NCBI GenBank assembly: GCA_963662585.1
Contig: OY759729.1
Span: 2,880,001 to 2,944,000, forward strand
DNA length: 64,000 nt
From: Candidatus Cloacimonadales bacterium
GTDB taxonomy: Bacteria > Cloacimonadota > Cloacimonadia > Cloacimonadales > JAFGVF01
Reading direction: 5' to 3'
Part shown: piece after piece, positions 59,023 through 64,000 of the stretch
Numbering within the stretch: position 1 is the stretch's first letter
How the letters are laid out: the number at the start of each line of letters is the position of its first letter
Made by a program: the position numbers and the translations under genes
The notes under the pieces: model-generated
Seen by the model: the letters and a program-made list of their open reading frames with translations, nothing else
Databases searched by the model: none
Told to the model about the DNA's origin: nothing

Positions 59023-60876
59023 ATGCCTTTTTGTACAGAATGTGGTAAACGCTATCAAGATGAGGTAAGATTTTGTCCTCATTGCGGTAACCCAAATGCC
59101 TTAAAGAAGAATGAAAAACAAGAAGTTGAAAATTTTAATGAGTACAAGCAATCTACTGAGCTTGGTCAATCAGGAGACTATGGTAGTCCTGAGGATGCAG
59201 GAATTAGAAGAAAAACTAATGTTTCGCAAGCTGGGAGTTATGGACTAGATGAAAGAAATCTTCCAGAATTGACTTCTTTGGAAAAGGGACGCTACACTAT
59301 CCTAAAAAAGTTAGGAGCAGGTGGATTTGGGGTTGTTTATAAAGCTTCAGATGCTAATTATGATGGCGAAACTAAAGCTTTAAAAGTTATCTATAGTGAA
59401 AACTATAGTGATAAGTTAGTGATGCATAAGCTAAAAACTGAAGCTAAAAATATGATTAAGATTAATCATCCTAGAGTCGTTAGACTTTATGACCTCCATT
59501 TTGAGAATGAAATTAAATTCATGGATATTGAATTTGTTGATGGTGGCGATTTACTAGATTTAATGCTAAGAAGTCCAGATTACAAAATCCCGGAAGAGAG
59601 AGTCTGGGAGTTGGCGAACCAAATTGCTCAAGGTATGCAAGCTGTCCATAAGGTAAACCTTATTCATCAAGACCTTAAACCAGAGAATATACTTCTAACT
59701 AAATCAGGTGATGTAAAGATTACCGATTTTGGAATTTCTGAAAGCTTTAGGAGTTCTAAATCAAGAATAAAAGAGACAGATGTTAAAGGGACCTATGTGT
59801 ATGCCTCACCTGAGCAGTTGGTAGGTAAAAAGGTAGGTAAGGAGGCCGATATTTGGTCTTTTGGAGTAACTCTATACCATATTTTAACAGGTGAAACCCT
59901 TTATTCTGGTAATCAAAGTAGTGATGTTTTACTGCAAATAGAAAATCGTGAATTTGAACCTATTGCCGAAGTTTCTGTTAAGATGAATGCCCTACTAGCT
60001 AAATGTCTTATGAGAGATTATAAAGAGAGGTTTAGGGATTTCGGAGAGGTGTTGGAGTTTATTGATATGCAAGAAACTCCAAAAGTTCAATCTAAATCTT
60101 TAGCACGACGAAAATCAGTTAAAGGCTTCGTCTTTGTCGAGGGTGGTACTTTTAAGATGTGTTCTTTAGATGGTTTTGGATATGAAAAGCTAGTACATAA
60201 TGTAACTTTATCGGATTTTTATATTGGAAAATATCCTGTTAAACAAGCTGAGTGGGAAGAAGTAATGGGTAAAAATCCTTCTAAATTCAAGGGAAACAAA
60301 AACAATCCGGTAGAATGTGTATCTTGGTATGATGCAGTTGAATTCTGTAATAAGAAGTCTATCAAAGATGGTTTAGATCCCTGCTATAGTATCAATAAAT
60401 CTAAGCAAGATGTTAATAACAAGGCCTGGCCGGATGACTTAAAATGGACATTAGTATGTGATTTCAGTAAAAATGGTTATCGCTTACCTACAGAAGCAGA
60501 GTGGGAATATGCTGCCAGAGGTGGCAATATATCAAAGGGCTATACCTATAGCGGAAGTAATAATGTAGAAGAAGTAGCGGAGTATGAAGGTAATAATGAT
60601 AAATCGACTAAACCAGTAGGTGGGAGAATTGCTAACGAACTTGGCATATATGATATGTCAGGCAATGTTTGGGAATGGTGTTGGGATTGGCATGGAGATT
60701 ATTCATCATCATCCCAGACTGATCCTCCTGGTCTTAATTCTGGCTCTGAACGTGTGATTCGGGGTGGCAGCTGGAATTACAGTGCATCTTATTGCCGGGT
60801 AGCTGGTCGTTCCGACGAAAACCCGTTTTGGGGTCGCCACAATATAGGCTTCCGCCTCGCCCGTAGTTCAATTTAA
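59023..60876 (+). CDS. Zn-ribbon + Ser/Thr protein kinase + FGE-sulfatase (CLec-fold) protein
   Basis: FCTECG..FCPHCG; GAGGFG, ALK, HQDLKPEN, DFG, SPE, DIWSFG; FGE motifs to the C-terminus; no TM segment. Confidence 0.93.
   Translation: MPFCTECGKRYQDEVRFCPHCGNPNALKKNEKQEVENFNEYKQSTELGQSGDYGSPEDAGIRRKTNVSQAGSYGLDERNLPELTSLEKGRYTILKKLGAGGFGVVYKASDANYDGETKALKVIYSENYSDKLVMHKLKTEAKNMIKINHPRVVRLYDLHFENEIKFMDIEFVDGGDLLDLMLRSPDYKIPEERVWELANQIAQGMQAVHKVNLIHQDLKPENILLTKSGDVKITDFGISESFRSSKSRIKETDVKGTYVYASPEQLVGKKVGKEADIWSFGVTLYHILTGETLYSGNQSSDVLLQIENREFEPIAEVSVKMNALLAKCLMRDYKERFRDFGEVLEFIDMQETPKVQSKSLARRKSVKGFVFVEGGTFKMCSLDGFGYEKLVHNVTLSDFYIGKYPVKQAEWEEVMGKNPSKFKGNKNNPVECVSWYDAVEFCNKKSIKDGLDPCYSINKSKQDVNNKAWPDDLKWTLVCDFSKNGYRLPTEAEWEYAARGGNISKGYTYSGSNNVEEVAEYEGNNDKSTKPVGGRIANELGIYDMSGNVWEWCWDWHGDYSSSSQTDPPGLNSGSERVIRGGSWNYSASYCRVAGRSDENPFWGRHNIGFRLARSSI
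60751..60876 (+). other. Candidate DGR variable region
   Basis: 67/120 GC (56%) over 60751-60870; CGG/CGC/CCG/CTC codons atypical for this DNA; NNY codons at CLec variable positions. Confidence 0.55.
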
Positions 60877-60903
60877 TTTTGGTTTAATTAAAAAGGATAA
60901 GTT

Positions 60904-61671
60904 ATGCAATATTATGGATTAAGTAAAAAGGGGAAGAAATCCGTAGAAAATGAAGACACTTATGTTCTTCCTGCAGGTAAAGAAATTACAGGGAAAGAGA
61001 TTTTTAACCTAGAACCAAATTTTGATAAACAAGGCTATCTTTTTGTAATATGTGATGGGATGGGTGGACATCAAGCAGGAGAAATAGCAAGTAGATTAGC
61101 TGTAAGTTGGATGTGGAAAGATTTTTATACCGCTGATGAGATTGATGATATGCAAGTGTGGATTCAAGAAGAGATAGCTAGTATAAACAACAGGTTGTTC
61201 AATCTTTCTGTGGAGCATGATGTCTATAACGGTATGGGTACAACCATTGTCGGAGTAATTATTAAAGATAATCAAGTCTATACTTTCAATGTTGGCGATA
61301 GTAGGGCTTATCTTTTGTATGATAATCAGCTAGCACAGATAACTAAAGATGATTCTGAAGTGTGGGAGATGCTTGAAAAAGGACTTTTAACTAAAGATGA
61401 ATTAGTTAAGAATAAGAAAAGTCATTTAATTACCCAAGCATTAGCCTTAGCTCCATCCTTAAAAGTACGAACTTATTCTCCTTTTAAACTTGAAATTGCT
61501 TCTAAAATACTGCTTTGTTCAGATGGGGTAAATGATGTGTTGACGGATTCTCAAATAAATGATATATTGGTTGAAGATTCTGACTTACAAGAGATAGCTA
61601 ACAGTTTGGTAGATTCATCACTTAAAGAAGGAAGTAAAGATGATATAACTGTGGTAATTATAGAAGCCTAG
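60904..61671 (+). CDS. PP2C-family Ser/Thr protein phosphatase
   Basis: NED, CDGMGGH, GTT, GDSR, CSDG, DDIT: all metal-binding Asp residues present. Confidence 0.93.
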   Translation: MQYYGLSKKGKKSVENEDTYVLPAGKEITGKEIFNLEPNFDKQGYLFVICDGMGGHQAGEIASRLAVSWMWKDFYTADEIDDMQVWIQEEIASINNRLFNLSVEHDVYNGMGTTIVGVIIKDNQVYTFNVGDSRAYLLYDNQLAQITKDDSEVWEMLEKGLLTKDELVKNKKSHLITQALALAPSLKVRTYSPFKLEIASKILLCSDGVNDVLTDSQINDILVEDSDLQEIANSLVDSSLKEGSKDDITVVIIEA

Positions 61672-61721
61672 AAATTGAGTAATAACATTTAAGCAGATAA
61701 TAAATAGAACCAGGAGGTAAG

Positions 61722-64000
61722 ATGCCATACTGTAGAAAATGTGGAAGCAAGATGGATGATAATGATTTTATGTGTCTAGAATGTGAAAGTCTAACAAAAG
61801 AGCAAGAGCTTGAGTTGAATGGTTATCCAGACAAGAAAGGAAAAGCCTTAAATTATCAAGGGTTTCGCTGGGCAGTTTCAAGTTCTGCTGGTAGAGGTGT
61901 ATCATTTGCCCTTCCTGAGGGATATGTTCGTAACCTAAGAAAATCAATTATTGCAGAGCTTGATACTTATAATTTAGGCTATCTATTTATTATTTTTGAT
62001 GGTGGTGCTGGGAAAATATCAGGAGATATGGCTAGTTTTAAGGCAGCTATGGATTTCTGGACAGAGTACTACTCAAATTCTAAAGTTGTGGATATAGAGG
62101 CTCGAATTCAAGAAGTAATTTCTAAAGTTAATACAAATTTGTATGAAAAGTATAAAGGAAGAGTTTCTTATGGAGAAGTTGGGACAAGTATAAGCGGAAT
62201 AGTTATTAAAAATAATCAAGTTCATTGTTTTAGTCTAGGGGATAGCAGGTGTTATCTTGTAAAAGACAATAAGATAGAATTAATTACTCAGGATGATGTT
62301 GAGGAGGATAGACGAACTGAAATTGATTTAGCTAGAAATAAAAAAATGCACCCAATTACAAAAGGACTTGGTTTTTCTCCTACTGCAGAACTTCATATTT
62401 ATCCACCTTTCACCCTTAACACTCAAAGCAAGATACTACTTACTTCTGCGGGGATTCATAATGTACTGACCGCTGAGCATATTCAAGAGCTAGTGGTTCA
62501 AAATGCTAGTCTTAAAGAGTTAGCTGATAAGTTAAGGCAAGAAACAACCAAGATAAACACGAAAACTGATTTTATTTCAATTTTGATTGATAGAAACCCG
62601 GAAGTAGATTCAAGTGAAACAGTTAGTGATCATTGTCCATATTGCGGCAATGAAATAGATACTAGTGATGTATATTGTACTTATTGTGGGAATGCTCACG
62701 AATTTAAAATTAATTCTCCTTCTCTTGCTGAAAAGAAAATCAAAAACAGAAAAGAGTTTGAAGCCTCACGATATCACCGAATAGATAGAATTGGTGAAGG
62801 AAGTCGTGGTCTTGTACTAAAAGTAAAAGATTTCAAAGATGATGGAAGCATAAAAGCTTTAAAAATATTAAATATCGACCAGTTACAAGATGAATCTCTA
62901 TCCTTTGAACTTGAATTAGAAGCAGAGAAAATGGCTAATATTGATCATCCATTTGTTGCTAAATTCTGGGATATTCATTTTCTGGATGATATAACTTTCT
63001 TGGAACAAGAATATGTACCAGGAGAGAGCTTAGCTAAAATTTCAGAGAATACTGCTAATAAAAGAATTTCTGAAAGGAGAGTTTGGCAGTTAGCTAGTCA
63101 AATATCTGCAGGTATGCAGGCAATTCATCGAGCCGATTTACTTCACCTAAATTTAAAAGCGGAGAATATCTTACAGACTAAGTTGGGTGATATAAAAATA
63201 GCTGATTATGCTATAACGGAGCTTTTAAAAAAAATAATTCCTAATTCCCAAGAGTTACTAATCTATGCTTCTCCAGAACAATTAGCAGGTAAAGATATTG
63301 GTAAACCAGCTGATGTGTGGTCTTTTGGAGCCTTGCTATATCATCTTCTAAGCGGTAAAACACTCTATTCTGCTACTAGTAATGATGATTTACTTCAACA
63401 AATTAAAAAACAACAATTTGCACCACTTTCAGAGTTATCAGATTCAATGAATGCCCTGCTTGCTAAATGTCTTAACTATTCACCTGAAGCTAGGTTTAGC
63501 AATTTTACTGAGGTAAGTGAATTCATAGATAATGCTTTAAAACTTTTACCAAAATTAGAAATCTCAGAAGATATTTTCATTAATAGCGTTTTAGTAGAGG
63601 GTGGGAGTTTTCAGATGGGCTCGGAAAATGGCAAAGATAATGAAAAACCTCTACACAAGGTAACTGTTTCAGATTTCTATATTGGAAAATATCAAGTGAC
63701 TCAAGCAGAATGGATGGAAATTATGGGTGAAAATCATTCTCTGTACAAGAAAGAAAACAATCCTGTAGAAAAGGTAAATTGGTATGATGCTGTGGAATAT
63801 TGCAATAAGAAAAGTATTAAAGACGGATTAGATCCCGTTTATTCTGCTAGCGGGAAAGAGATTAAGTGTGATTTTAGCAAAGTTGGTTATAGATTACCTA
63901 CCGAAGCAGAGTGGGAGTACGCAGCTAAAGGTGGTAAACTTTCCAATGGCTATAAGTATAGCGGTAGCGATAAATGCTATGAAGTAGCTTTAACTTGGGA
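61722..64000 (+). CDS. Zn-ribbon + PP2C-like pseudophosphatase + Zn-ribbon + pseudokinase + FGE-sulfatase domain protein (3' truncated by window)
   Basis: Not in the ORF track; ATG 61722 after AGGAGG, open to the window end (759 codons by manual translation). MPYCRKCG..CLEC; FDGGAG, GDSR, TSAG; CPYCG..CTYCG; GEGSRG, ALK, HLNLKAEN, DYA, SPE, DVWSFG; YRLPTEAEWEYAA. Confidence 0.9.
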   Translation, partial: MPYCRKCGSKMDDNDFMCLECESLTKEQELELNGYPDKKGKALNYQGFRWAVSSSAGRGVSFALPEGYVRNLRKSIIAELDTYNLGYLFIIFDGGAGKISGDMASFKAAMDFWTEYYSNSKVVDIEARIQEVISKVNTNLYEKYKGRVSYGEVGTSISGIVIKNNQVHCFSLGDSRCYLVKDNKIELITQDDVEEDRRTEIDLARNKKMHPITKGLGFSPTAELHIYPPFTLNTQSKILLTSAGIHNVLTAEHIQELVVQNASLKELADKLRQETTKINTKTDFISILIDRNPEVDSSETVSDHCPYCGNEIDTSDVYCTYCGNAHEFKINSPSLAEKKIKNRKEFEASRYHRIDRIGEGSRGLVLKVKDFKDDGSIKALKILNIDQLQDESLSFELELEAEKMANIDHPFVAKFWDIHFLDDITFLEQEYVPGESLAKISENTANKRISERRVWQLASQISAGMQAIHRADLLHLNLKAENILQTKLGDIKIADYAITELLKKIIPNSQELLIYASPEQLAGKDIGKPADVWSFGALLYHLLSGKTLYSATSNDDLLQQIKKQQFAPLSELSDSMNALLAKCLNYSPEARFSNFTEVSEFIDNALKLLPKLEISEDIFINSVLVEGGSFQMGSENGKDNEKPLHKVTVSDFYIGKYQVTQAEWMEIMGENHSLYKKENNPVEKVNWYDAVEYCNKKSIKDGLDPVYSASGKEIKCDFSKVGYRLPTEAEWEYAAKGGKLSNGYKYSGSDKCYEVALTW

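Noticed and set aside
60872..60892. TTTAATT-N7-AATTAAA hairpin as the DGR post-IMH cruciform
   Set aside because: All-AT 7-bp stem is expected by chance in this composition.
1..64000. DGR reverse transcriptase, Avd or template repeat; CRISPR array; rRNA; integrase
   Set aside because: No RT-like ORF, no AAC-rich non-coding copy of the FGE 3' ends, no regularly spaced repeats and no rRNA or integrase signatures found by eye.
58100..64000. FGE-domain genes as true formylglycine-generating enzymes
   Set aside because: Paired catalytic cysteines are absent in the complete domains and no sulfatase gene is adjacent.

Overview
AT-rich (roughly 30% GC by eye) chromosomal window from a Gram-negative, probably anaerobic bacterium; the gene content is reminiscent of Candidatus Cloacimonadota (inference only). 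Left end: two giant GLUG-repeat surface proteins plus a PEGA/FGE-sulfatase (CLec-fold) gene. Middle: housekeeping genes (tkt, ddl, Ldh_2 dehydrogenase, tRNA-Pro(GGG), mutL-miaA), a FecR-FecR / beta-barrel / CHASE2-adenylate-cyclase cluster, two histidine kinases, an ABC permease-M1 peptidase fusion, a small hsdR-remnant + higBA island bounded by GTAG REP-like repeats, a DUF134/NifX/MinD-ferredoxin operon and a heterodimeric ABC exporter. Right end (51.8-64 kb), the most interesting part: a co-directional cluster of envelope lipoproteins, an FHA protein, three Zn-ribbon/FGE-fold proteins (one with a Ser/Thr kinase), a PP2C phosphatase and an ORF missing from the supplied track that fuses a pseudo-phosphatase and a pseudo-kinase to an FGE domain. 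The 3' end of the kinase-FGE gene is a 56% GC patch that looks like the variable region of a diversity-generating retroelement (DGR); no reverse transcriptase or template repeat is visible in the window. Non-coding DNA holds two ISL3-like MITEs, a 62-bp TG...CA element present twice, and several terminators and operators. All product calls come from motif recognition, not database searches.
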